Virus record (IMG/VR): IMGVR_UViG_3300016474_000132
Location: 1-45,902 of that record
Reading direction: 5' to 3' (one strand)
From: a virus
Lineage: Duplodnaviria; Caudoviricetes
Length of the DNA: 45,902 bases
Shown here: positions 1-8,255 of the stretch, one piece after another
Position numbering within the stretch: the stretch's first letter is position 1
How the letters are laid out: each line of letters begins with the position of its first letter
Program-made: the position numbers and the translations under genes
Notes under the pieces: generated by a model
Database searches by the model: none
What the model was told of the DNA's origin: nothing
The model's input: only the letters and a program-made list of their open reading frames with translations

Positions 1-74
1 TGGGCGGCGCCCGCAAGAAGGGACGCCCGGCCAAGCAGCCCAGCGTAGCCGCCCACAACCCGTTCAGACTCTGA
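1..74 (+). CDS. 3' end of a truncated hypothetical protein (..GGARKKGRPAKQPSVAAHNPFRL*)
   Basis: Open frame 3 from the window edge to TGA at 72-74, directly before the ATG at 77. Confidence 0.45.
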   Translation, partial: GGARKKGRPAKQPSVAAHNPFRL

Positions 75-76
75 CC

Positions 77-361
77 ATGCCAGTCGTCAACCACCCCACA
101 CACGAGCATGGCATCCGCGACGCGGACCACCGGTACGGCTGTTTCAACCGCAAGCCGTTCAAGAAGACCGTCGTGGTCGAGGACTGGCAAGGCGTCTACC
201 GCTGGCCATTCCGCATGTCCATGGAGTGCCGCTACGACAAAAGCCTGTCAGACACACGATGCAGCGGCTGCAAACACGCCGGCAGCGGCGAAGCCTACAT
301 CGAACAACAGAACCACTTGATCACTGAAAGCCAACATGCCAACCAGCAAGAAACCCCGTAA
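77..361 (+). CDS. hypothetical protein, Cys-rich (possible Zn-binding)
   Basis: 94-aa ORF with YGCFNR, ECRYD and RCSGC; tightly packed with neighbours. Confidence 0.65.
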   Translation: MPVVNHPTHEHGIRDADHRYGCFNRKPFKKTVVVEDWQGVYRWPFRMSMECRYDKSLSDTRCSGCKHAGSGEAYIEQQNHLITESQHANQQETP

Positions 362-830
362 GGCCTACCGCCCCAAGTCTCGCATCGTAAACCCGATCGA
401 GTACGTGATGGAGGGCTTCGCCCCGCTGACGGCCGTCGACAGCTACCTGACCGACCTCAAGCTGCACAACCACTCGGCCATGACCGAGCTGCTGGCTGGG
501 CGCGCGACCAAGAAGCACATGAACACACTGATCGCCATGTCCAACATCTGCGAGTCCCTGCAGCGCGCTGGGTTCGGCGACGAGTACAAGGACGTGACGA
601 CAGAGGGGCGCTTCGCCATCATCTCCATCGCCGTCCGTGCCGTGGAGAAGCTCAAGTTCATCCCGACTGGGACGGAGATCACCATGCTCAACCGGCTCAT
701 GGAGCTGCACGACGCCCAGATGGACATCATCACGGTGCAGGACATGGAGAAAGCCATCAAGCGCGCACTGACGGAACTGCGCAAGCGCCGCGCTGTCGTG
801 CTGCCCAAATTCCCAGAGGAGGTAGCATGA
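336..830 (+). CDS. conserved phage hypothetical protein (KKPRKAYRPK N-terminus)
   Basis: 164 aa, GC3-rich codons, ATGA overlap with the next gene. Confidence 0.75.
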   Translation: MPTSKKPRKAYRPKSRIVNPIEYVMEGFAPLTAVDSYLTDLKLHNHSAMTELLAGRATKKHMNTLIAMSNICESLQRAGFGDEYKDVTTEGRFAIISIAVRAVEKLKFIPTGTEITMLNRLMELHDAQMDIITVQDMEKAIKRALTELRKRRAVVLPKFPEEVA

Positions 831-1201
831 GCTGCACACCACCGGAATACGACTGCTTCGGCGCCTACCCCGCTGGAGCTTACCAGACCCTGGCCGAGCG
901 AGACTGCTTCCACTGCGTGTACGCCACCGGCTGCGCCAAGATCACCCCACAACCGAAGCCCACCATGACTGACGACACCACAACCAGCCCACTTGCTACC
1001 CAAGTCGGTGGCAACCACTACAAGGACTTGAAAATCCAACCGGTGGAGTACATCCACGCCAACAACATTGGCTACATGGAAGGCAACGTCATCAAGTACG
1101 TCAGCCGCTGGCGCGCCAAAAACGGCATCAAGGATCTCGAGAAGGCGAAGCACTACATCGAGTTGCTGATCGCGCTCGAGGCCGGCAACCATAAGGACTG
1201 A
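827..1201 (+). CDS. DUF3310 domain protein (T7 gp1.7-like putative nucleotide kinase)
   Basis: QVGGNHYK..IQPVEYI..GNVIKYVSRW..KNGIKDLEKAKHYIELLI signature; alternative start at 965. Confidence 0.85.
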   Translation: MSCTPPEYDCFGAYPAGAYQTLAERDCFHCVYATGCAKITPQPKPTMTDDTTTSPLATQVGGNHYKDLKIQPVEYIHANNIGYMEGNVIKYVSRWRAKNGIKDLEKAKHYIELLIALEAGNHKD

Positions 1202-1203
1202 TC

Positions 1204-3042
1204 ATGGACACGATAACGGTAGATTTCGAAACCTACTACGACAGGGGCTACTCCCTGTCGAAGATGCAGACCGACGCCTACATTCTGGACGACCGCTACG
1301 AGACCATCCTCGTGACGGTCATCACGCCGGACAACCAAGAGCACTGGTTCAGCGGTGACGAGCTGGAGACTGCCGGCTGGTTGCGCCAATTCCCATGGGA
1401 GGAGTGCGCGGTGCGGTGTCACAACACCCTGTTCGATGGGTTCATCCAGACCCAGCGGTTCGGCATCAAACCCAAGCTCTGGAAGGACACCCTTGGGCAG
1501 CTGCGCATGCTGTACCCCTACCTGCCGTCGCACTCGCTGGCGTCCATGGCCAAGCTGTTCGGGCTGGAGGACAAGGGCACCGAGGTGCAGGCTGCACTGG
1601 GCAAGCGCCGGGCTGACTTCTCCCGCGAGGAGCTGCTGGCCTACGCAGGCTACGGTATGAAGGACACCCGCATCTGCAAGGCGGCCGGCGAGCGCATGGA
1701 CCAGTTCACCCCGCCCCTGGCGGTCAAGCTCATCGACATGACCATCCGCATGTTCACCGAGCCGATGCTGGTGGGCGACAAGGCTGCCATGCAGTCGCTG
1801 TACGAAGACGAGGTGGTGCGCAAGCAGCGCCTGCTCGAGGCGGCGGAGGTGGATCGCGAGGTCATCATGTCGAACAACAAGTTCGCCGCCCGGCTGGAGG
1901 AGCTGGGTGTGGTGCCGCCCAAGAAGATCAGCAAGACCACCGGCAAGGAGACGTTCGCGTTCTCCAAGACCGACAAGGAGTTCACAGACCTGCAGGAGCA
2001 CGACCTGCCCGAGGTGCAGGCGCTGGTCGCCGCACGGCTGGGAACCAAGACGACGATCGCCGAGACCCGAGCGGCACGGTTCATCGAGATGGCAAGTCGA
2101 GGCCCGCTGCCGGTGGCACTGAGCTTCTGGGGTGCGAAGACGACCGGCCGGTACAGCGGCACGAACATGGTGAACTGGCAGAACCTGCCGGCCCGGGGCC
2201 CATCCGCCGGCCTGCGCAACACGCTCATGGCGCCGCCAGGCTACGTCGTGCTGGTGGGCGACTCATCAAACATCGAGCTGCGCACCGTTATGGCGCTGGC
2301 CGGGCAGGATGACGTGGTGGACAAGCTGCGCAGCGGCACCGACCTGTACTGCGACTTTGCCAGTCGGATGTTCGGGCGGCCCATCACCAAGGCGGACAAG
2401 CCGGAGCGCCAGCTCGGCAAGGTAGCCATGCTCTCGCTGCAATACGGCGCCGGGGCGGCGCGGTTCCAAGAGATGGTGCGCGTAGCGTCGCAGACCGACA
2501 AGTCCCTGCAGCCCATCACCCTGGACCGGGCGCACGAGATCGTCGACCTGTACCGATCGGTGCATTGGAAGGTGGTGGAGCTGTGGCGGCGCTGCGACAA
2601 GGTCGTCCTGCCGGACATCGCCGCTGGCTGCAGCCTCATGCACGTCGACGTCAATGGCTGGTTCATCACACAGAACGATGGCTTCGGTCGCCCCGGCGAG
2701 CCAGGAGTGATGTATCATGACCTCAAACACGACGGCAACGAGTGGACTTATCAAATGGGTCGCGGACGCGTAGGCATCCACGGCGCCAAAGTCGTCGAGA
2801 ACTTGAGTCAGCACGCAGCGATGCAGATCGTGATGTGGCAGACAGCTCGCATAAACGAGCGGTTTCCCGTCAAGTTGAGTGTGCATGACGAAGCGGTGTG
2901 CGTAGTACGTGAAGAAGAACTTGCTGAAGCGCGGGCCTACATGGAAGAGTGCTTGTCCATGGCGCCCAAGTGGTGCCGTGGCGTGATACCAGTGGCGTGT
3001 GAGACTGGCGCAGGAGAAAGCTATGGATCAGCTAAAAGTTGA
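1204..3042 (+). CDS. polA: family A DNA polymerase with 3'-5' exonuclease domain
   Basis: ExoI DFETYY, ExoII HNTLFD, TTGRYS, NWQNLP, motif A DSSNIELR, motif B RQLGKVAMLSLQYG, motif C VHDE. Confidence 0.95.
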   Translation: MDTITVDFETYYDRGYSLSKMQTDAYILDDRYETILVTVITPDNQEHWFSGDELETAGWLRQFPWEECAVRCHNTLFDGFIQTQRFGIKPKLWKDTLGQLRMLYPYLPSHSLASMAKLFGLEDKGTEVQAALGKRRADFSREELLAYAGYGMKDTRICKAAGERMDQFTPPLAVKLIDMTIRMFTEPMLVGDKAAMQSLYEDEVVRKQRLLEAAEVDREVIMSNNKFAARLEELGVVPPKKISKTTGKETFAFSKTDKEFTDLQEHDLPEVQALVAARLGTKTTIAETRAARFIEMASRGPLPVALSFWGAKTTGRYSGTNMVNWQNLPARGPSAGLRNTLMAPPGYVVLVGDSSNIELRTVMALAGQDDVVDKLRSGTDLYCDFASRMFGRPITKADKPERQLGKVAMLSLQYGAGAARFQEMVRVASQTDKSLQPITLDRAHEIVDLYRSVHWKVVELWRRCDKVVLPDIAAGCSLMHVDVNGWFITQNDGFGRPGEPGVMYHDLKHDGNEWTYQMGRGRVGIHGAKVVENLSQHAAMQIVMWQTARINERFPVKLSVHDEAVCVVREEELAEARAYMEECLSMAPKWCRGVIPVACETGAGESYGSAKS

Positions 3043-3508
3043 GTGGCGTAAAGTCGGGGTGTGGCCCTACGAGGTGTCTAGTACTGGTTTGGTGCGCAAT
3101 GCAAAGACGTTGCGTGTGCTAAAACCTATGAGAACGGGTACGAACAGGAAAGGTTCACAGCGCAGCAAGGTTAGGTTTTCAACTAAGCCGCGCGTAGACT
3201 TTGACGTCGCGCACCTAGTCTTGCATGCGTTTGTAGGCCCGCGCCCCCACGGCATGGTGGCTATGCATATGGATGACGATTCCACGAACAACGCTGTAGA
3301 TAACCTTCGCTGGGGCACGCAGTCGGATAACGCTAGAGATTGCGCCAGAAAATCTCGCGCAGCACGCCAAGTAGTTGGCCCTGAAGCTGTTGCTGAGATC
3401 GCGAGACGTCGAGTGGCTGGGGAGCGAGGGGCCGATTTAGCGAGAGAGTTTGGGATATCGCAACAACGCGTTTGTGACATATACAAGGGCCGCACGGCGC
3501 TGCTATGA
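3023..3508 (+). CDS. NUMOD4-HNH homing endonuclease with C-terminal HTH
   Basis: EWRKV..YEVSSTGLVRN (NUMOD4), VAHLVLHAFVGPRP..AMHMDDDSTNNAVDNLRWGT..N (HNH), LAREFGISQQRV (HTH); RBS AGGAGA; lower GC; overlaps the polymerase 3' end. Confidence 0.9.
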   Translation: MDQLKVEWRKVGVWPYEVSSTGLVRNAKTLRVLKPMRTGTNRKGSQRSKVRFSTKPRVDFDVAHLVLHAFVGPRPHGMVAMHMDDDSTNNAVDNLRWGTQSDNARDCARKSRAARQVVGPEAVAEIARRRVAGERGADLAREFGISQQRVCDIYKGRTALL

Positions 3509-3792
3509 CAACACAAAACCACGGATTTCACCAATCATTCCAGCCCAAAGACTCGACCGAGTTGCCGGAGTGGTTTGTCGTCGAGGCGTACAACGACTCC
3601 AGCAGAGGTGACTGGTCTCTACGTGCAGGCGTTCGGTGTCGCGACGGGGACCTCAAGATCTTCGACATGCCGATCTTCATCAACGTCAACCCGGGCCGCA
3701 GCCAGACGCTGGCGCTGCGAAGGCGAGATGTTCTGGAGGCGCTACGCGACCACATCGTGACTGAACTGGCAAAACTGGAACTTGAGGAGTAA
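3505..3792 (+). CDS. hypothetical protein
   Basis: 95 aa, ATGA overlap with the HNH gene, ends at the RBS of the next gene. Confidence 0.65.
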   Translation: MTTQNHGFHQSFQPKDSTELPEWFVVEAYNDSSRGDWSLRAGVRCRDGDLKIFDMPIFINVNPGRSQTLALRRRDVLEALRDHIVTELAKLELEE

Positions 3793-3794
3793 AT

Positions 3795-4502
3795 ATGTCA
3801 AAGGTGATGCCGCTGTCTTTCAGCAGGCTTTCGGTGTTCGAGCAGTGCGAAGCGAGGTTCGACTACCAGTACGTGTCCAAGCGCGTGCAGGATCAGCAGA
3901 ACGATGCGGCAGCCTACGGCGATCGGGTTCACAAGGTGCTGGAGGCCTACGGCAAGGCAGCGCCCGAGGAGCGCCAAGCGATGCACTCGGCAGACTCTGT
4001 CGAGGCGCGCCGCACCCTCGAGCAGTGGGGTCCCATGATGGACAAGCTGCTGGAGAAGCCCGGCGAGAAGTTGTTCGAGCACCAGATGGCGGTCAACGCC
4101 GATCTGCAACCAGTGGACTGGTTTGCCAAGGACGTGTGGATCCGGGCGATCGCCGACGTGCTGATCGTCGACGGGGAGACTGCCTACTGCCTGGACCACA
4201 AGACCGGCAAGGTCAAGGACAACCCGACGCAGCTCCAGCTCTTCGCGGCCATGACCATGTGGCACTTCCCCCAGGTGCAGACCGTAAAGACCTCGTTCAT
4301 CTGGCTCAAGTTCAACGAGCTGACCAACGCCACCTACGAGCGCCGCTTCCTCGAGCCGCTGTGGGCGGCGCTCAAGCCCCGGTTCACCAAGGTGCAGGAC
4401 ACCATCGACCTGGGGGTGTTCAAGACCAAGCCCGGACCGCTGTGCCCTTGGTGCCCAGCCAAGGACATCTGCCCCGATGCACGACTGAAAGGTAGGAGAT
4501 GA
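3795..4502 (+). CDS. PD-(D/E)XK (RecB/Cas4-like) exonuclease
   Basis: SFSRL..FEQC, GDRVHKVLE, IADVL..DHKTGK, QLQLFA, C-terminal CPWCPAKDIC. Confidence 0.9.
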   Translation: MSKVMPLSFSRLSVFEQCEARFDYQYVSKRVQDQQNDAAAYGDRVHKVLEAYGKAAPEERQAMHSADSVEARRTLEQWGPMMDKLLEKPGEKLFEHQMAVNADLQPVDWFAKDVWIRAIADVLIVDGETAYCLDHKTGKVKDNPTQLQLFAAMTMWHFPQVQTVKTSFIWLKFNELTNATYERRFLEPLWAALKPRFTKVQDTIDLGVFKTKPGPLCPWCPAKDICPDARLKGRR

Positions 4503-4810
4503 AGAAGACCTTCAACAAGGAAGAGGACGTCAAGGCCGCTGTTAAGGAGATACTCAAGGCCACGCCCAACTGCTACTGGTTCATGCCGCCAGCCAACGGC
4601 TTCGGTCGCGCCGGGATCCCTGACCTTGTCGGCTGCGTGGCTGGCAAGTTCTTCGCGGTCGAGACCAAGTTCGGCTACGGCAAGCCCACGGCGAATCAGA
4701 CGCGGGAGATCGCCAAGGTGAAAGCCGCAGGCGCTCCGGCCTGGATCGTCAACGAGAAGAACCTCGAAGCCTGGGCCGCTGAGTTCAAGGAGTGGGCAGC
4801 ATGCTCGTGA
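4499..4810 (+). CDS. VRR-NUC domain nuclease (putative Holliday junction resolvase)
   Basis: EEDVK..GIPDLVGC..GKFFAVETK...PTANQ motif. Confidence 0.9.
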   Translation: MKKTFNKEEDVKAAVKEILKATPNCYWFMPPANGFGRAGIPDLVGCVAGKFFAVETKFGYGKPTANQTREIAKVKAAGAPAWIVNEKNLEAWAAEFKEWAACS

Positions 4811-6357
4811 TGCCTGACAAGCGCCGCATCGTCATCAACAGCGACGCGAACGCCACGGTGGCCACGGTGATCCCGCACGCCAAGCAGATCGACCACGGCG
4901 GCGAGACGCTGCTGGCCATGCCCTACGGCGTGGAGGAGTCGATCGTCTTGAAGAACCTGGGTTTCAGCGTGCCGGCGCCGATCCTGCACTACTACGACTG
5001 GCCCGCGCGGTTCAGTCCGATGGAGCACCAGAAGGAGACTGCTGCGTTCCTCACCATGCACCGGCGCTGCCTGTGCCTGAACGCTCCCGGCACGGGCAAG
5101 TCGATCAGTTCCATCTGGGCGGCCGACTTCCTGCTGACCGAGGGTGTGGTGCGCAAGGTGCTGATCATCGCGCCGCTCTCCACGCTCAAGGTAGTCTGGG
5201 GGCGCGAGCTGCGGCACCACCTGCCGCACCGCTCCTTCGAGATCATCGACGGGTCCAAGACCAAGGCCAAGCGCCTGGAGCTGCTGGAGAAGCCTGGGCT
5301 GCAGTACGTCATCATGAACCACGACTGCTTCACCAACATGCGCGAGCATCTGGAGGGGTTCGACGTGGTGATCTACGACGAGGCCACGGCGCTCAAGACG
5401 CCGGGATCCCTGCGGTTCAAGCTGTTCTACAAGTGGGTCCAGCAGCACCAGCCCTGGCTGTGGCTGCTCACCGGCACGCCCATCTCGCAGTCGCCCTCGG
5501 ACGCCTGGACACTGGCTCGGCTGGTGGACTCGCCCTCGGTGCCCAAGAGCTTCACCACGTTCAAGGACTTGGTCATGCAGAAGGTCACCCAGTTCCGCTG
5601 GGTGCCGCGTCCTGACGCGCTGGAGACCTGTCGCCGGGTGCTGCAGCCCTCGATCCGGTTCTCGCTGGACGAGTGCAAGGACCTGCCCCAGACCAACTTC
5701 GTGGGCCGCAAGACCGAGTTGACGCCGGTGCAGGCCAAGGCGTTCAAGGAGATGAAGGAGGACGCCTGCGTGGCGTTCGCAGCGGGTGAGGTGACGGCGG
5801 CCAACTCGGCCGTGCTGTTGAGCAAGCTCCTGCAGATCGTCTGTGGCGTGGCCTACGCAGACACCGGCCCAGTGCTGGTCGATGCGAGCCACCGCTACCA
5901 GTCGCTGACGGAGCTGATCGACGAGGTCGGGGACAAGGTGATCGTGTTCGTGCCGCTCAAGGGCGTGCAACTCTGGCTCAAGGAGAAGCTCGTGGCCGAC
6001 GGATACGACGTGGCGCTGGTCAACGGCGACACTAGCAAGGCAGAGCGCGACCAGATCTTCAACGACTTTCAACACACGGATAGCATCAGAGTTTTGTTGG
6101 CCCATCCGAAAGTGGCTTCGCATGGTTTGACACTGACACGATCAAAAGACATAATTTGGTATGCGCCGATCTACTCATTGGAGTCATATGAGCAAGCCAA
6201 TGCCAGGATTCGTAGACTTTCTACAACAGGAAAGACAACGGTTTGGCATATATGGGCAACGACGTTCGAGCAAGAACTTTACAGACGCCTGAGAATGAAG
6301 CAAAATACACTCACTGAGTTCTTGAACTTGGTGCAAGGTGTAAACAGTGACGATTAA
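4801..6357 (+). CDS. SNF2-family (SF2) helicase
   Basis: HQKE, Walker A PGTGKS, IIAPLS, YDEAT, LTGTP, SHGLTLT, YEQANARIRR; RBS AAGGAG before the ATG at 4801. Confidence 0.92.
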   Translation: MLVMPDKRRIVINSDANATVATVIPHAKQIDHGGETLLAMPYGVEESIVLKNLGFSVPAPILHYYDWPARFSPMEHQKETAAFLTMHRRCLCLNAPGTGKSISSIWAADFLLTEGVVRKVLIIAPLSTLKVVWGRELRHHLPHRSFEIIDGSKTKAKRLELLEKPGLQYVIMNHDCFTNMREHLEGFDVVIYDEATALKTPGSLRFKLFYKWVQQHQPWLWLLTGTPISQSPSDAWTLARLVDSPSVPKSFTTFKDLVMQKVTQFRWVPRPDALETCRRVLQPSIRFSLDECKDLPQTNFVGRKTELTPVQAKAFKEMKEDACVAFAAGEVTAANSAVLLSKLLQIVCGVAYADTGPVLVDASHRYQSLTELIDEVGDKVIVFVPLKGVQLWLKEKLVADGYDVALVNGDTSKAERDQIFNDFQHTDSIRVLLAHPKVASHGLTLTRSKDIIWYAPIYSLESYEQANARIRRLSTTGKTTVWHIWATTFEQELYRRLRMKQNTLTEFLNLVQGVNSDD

Positions 6358-6378
6358 CACAACCCGGAGAAACAGTCC

Positions 6379-6771
6379 ATGAACTACGAAGAAGGCGCCG
6401 AGCGCTACCTCAAACTGCGCGGCCAAGTCGACGAACTCGATCGGCAACACAAGGCGGCCCGCGCCAAGCTGCTACAGGAGATGACCCTGCTGGAGAACTG
6501 GTTTACTGCAAAGGCCCAGGAAGACGGACTCGAGTCCGTGAAAACCCCGATGGGCACGGCATACTGGTCGACGCACAACACTGCCACGGTTGCGTCACGC
6601 GAAGAATTTTTTGATTTCTGTCGCGCACACAACCAGTGGGATCTTGTAGAATCCAGAGCATCCAAGACTGGTGTGAAAAGCTACATCGAAGCATATGGCG
6701 AAGCACCACCTGGGGTAAACTTCTCTTCCACGCGGGTATTCAACTTCCGCAAATCCAACGCAAAGGACTGA
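6379..6771 (+). CDS. conserved phage hypothetical protein (coiled coil plus beta domain)
   Basis: 130 aa, RBS GGAG, YLKLR..SVKTPMGTAY..PPGVN. Confidence 0.8.
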   Translation: MNYEEGAERYLKLRGQVDELDRQHKAARAKLLQEMTLLENWFTAKAQEDGLESVKTPMGTAYWSTHNTATVASREEFFDFCRAHNQWDLVESRASKTGVKSYIEAYGEAPPGVNFSSTRVFNFRKSNAKD

Positions 6772-6772
6772 T

Positions 6773-7024
6773 ATGTCGAACATCTACGCTGTCAAGAACA
6801 AATCCACCGGCGCCGTCGTCGCTCTGGTCCGTGCCGCCAACAAGGGCGCTGCCCTGCGTCACATCGCCGAGACCAGCTTCGACGCTGGTAAGGCCAAGCA
6901 AGACGAGCTGATCGCTGGTCTGCAAGCTGGTCTGCCGATCCAAGAGGTCGTCGTCGAAGCCAAGGCCGAAGGTGCAGAAGCTGCACCGGCTGCTGAAGAA
7001 GCTGTCGAAGCTGCTGCCGAGTAA
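6773..7024 (+). CDS. small acidic hypothetical protein
   Basis: 83 aa, RBS AAGGA, ALVRAANKGAALRHIA, Ala/Glu tail. Confidence 0.75.
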   Translation: MSNIYAVKNKSTGAVVALVRAANKGAALRHIAETSFDAGKAKQDELIAGLQAGLPIQEVVVEAKAEGAEAAPAAEEAVEAAAE

Positions 7025-7065
7025 GCACAGTGCCCCCGCGCTGGGGGGTCTTCAAGAATCCCGCG

Positions 7066-7255
7066 CTGACACCTCGGAAAGACGAGGATCATCAAGTGTG
7101 TTGTTTTGCTGTAGACTGCACTCTTGATGGTTCGGAGTGGATCGCGTAGGTCTTAGCCGCCTGCGTTTTCTCTTCCACGGTAGTTTGGAATCTTTCAGGC
7201 ATATGGTGCTTCATCCAGCCACTCCGAACCATCTGACACCCCGGAAAGACGGGGA
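7066..7255 (+). ncRNA. candidate structured RNA: cloverleaf flanked by two GAAAGA-loop hairpin repeats
   Basis: CTGACACCyCGGAAAGACGrGGA at 7066-7088 and 7233-7255; perfect 15-bp stem 7126-7140/7219-7233 enclosing internal hairpins. Confidence 0.55.
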
Positions 7256-7293
7256 CCTCAACTTCGTAACTCAGTGACTTTTTGGAGAACTCC

Positions 7294-8196
7294 ATGTCCA
7301 CCATCGCAAACGTCCCCGCCCATATCGCAGCGCGCATTGCCGCACGTCAACAATCTGGTCAGAAGTCTGCCATTGCCGAGGCCATCGGCGGTGACGGCGT
7401 CAGCATCCCGCGCATCAGCATCCGTGCTGGCCGCTATCGCCTCGTCGAGGGCGGCGTGGAGACCACTGTAGGCGTCACCCTGGACACCATCATCGTGGGC
7501 GCCAACCCCCGCGTCTCGAAGGTGTTCTACGGCAAGGCCTACGATGCCAGCTCGGAGAACGTGCGCCCTGCCTGCTGGTCCAACGACGGCCTCAAGCCTG
7601 ACGCCTCGGTCGATCGCCCGGTCCACACCGGCTGCGCCGACTGCCCCAACAACGTGCTGGGTTCCAAGATCCTGCCCTCGGGTGCCAAGTCCAAGATGTG
7701 CGCCGACCAGCGTCACCTTGCTGTCGTGCCGGCTGCTGACCCCACGAAGGTCTATAGCCTGACCGTGCCGGTCTCTGGCATGAAGGCGCTGCGTGAGTAC
7801 TTCAAGGAGCTGGGCAACTACGGCATCGGCCCGGAAGAAGCCATCACCGAGCTGGGCTTCGACGACCAAGCCAGCTACCCGAAGATCACCTTCAAGCAGA
7901 AGGGCTTTGTGCCGGAGAGCGCCATCAACCGCGTCGACGCCCTGATCGACTCCGAGCCGGTCAAGGTTGCCACCCGTCAGATCGCCGCCACGAGCGCAGG
8001 TCCGGCACTGGCTGCACCGGCTGTCAAGCCCGCACTACCCGCAGCGCCGGCAGTCGACGACGCCTATGAGGAAGAGGCCCAGGCTCAAGCCACGCAACCC
8101 ATTGCTGCGCCTGCAGGTAAGCCAGCGAAGCCCGTAGTGGCGCCGGTCAAGGCGTCCGACGAGCTGGCAGCGAAGCTCGACTCCCTGTTCGACTGA
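7294..8196 (+). CDS. conserved phage replication protein, putative ssDNA-binding protein
   Basis: RBS GGAG; PRISIR, PACWSNDG.KPD, CADCPNN, KMC; acidic flexible C-terminus; lies between helicase and primase. The SSB function is inferred. Confidence 0.6.
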   Translation: MSTIANVPAHIAARIAARQQSGQKSAIAEAIGGDGVSIPRISIRAGRYRLVEGGVETTVGVTLDTIIVGANPRVSKVFYGKAYDASSENVRPACWSNDGLKPDASVDRPVHTGCADCPNNVLGSKILPSGAKSKMCADQRHLAVVPAADPTKVYSLTVPVSGMKALREYFKELGNYGIGPEEAITELGFDDQASYPKITFKQKGFVPESAINRVDALIDSEPVKVATRQIAATSAGPALAAPAVKPALPAAPAVDDAYEEEAQAQATQPIAAPAGKPAKPVVAPVKASDELAAKLDSLFD

Positions 8197-8218
8197 GGCT
8201 AGAATCCTTGTCGTAGGC

Positions 8219-8243
8219 ACCCCGGCCCTAGCCGGGGTTTTTT
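8219..8243 (+). terminator. intrinsic terminator
   Basis: ACCCCGGC-CCTA-GCCGGGGT followed by a T run. Confidence 0.8.
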
Positions 8244-8255
8244 ATCTAGGGGCAT

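Noticed and set aside
7126-7233. tRNA gene
   Set aside because: Cloverleaf-like, but with a 15-bp closing stem, no T-loop or D-loop consensus and no CCA end.
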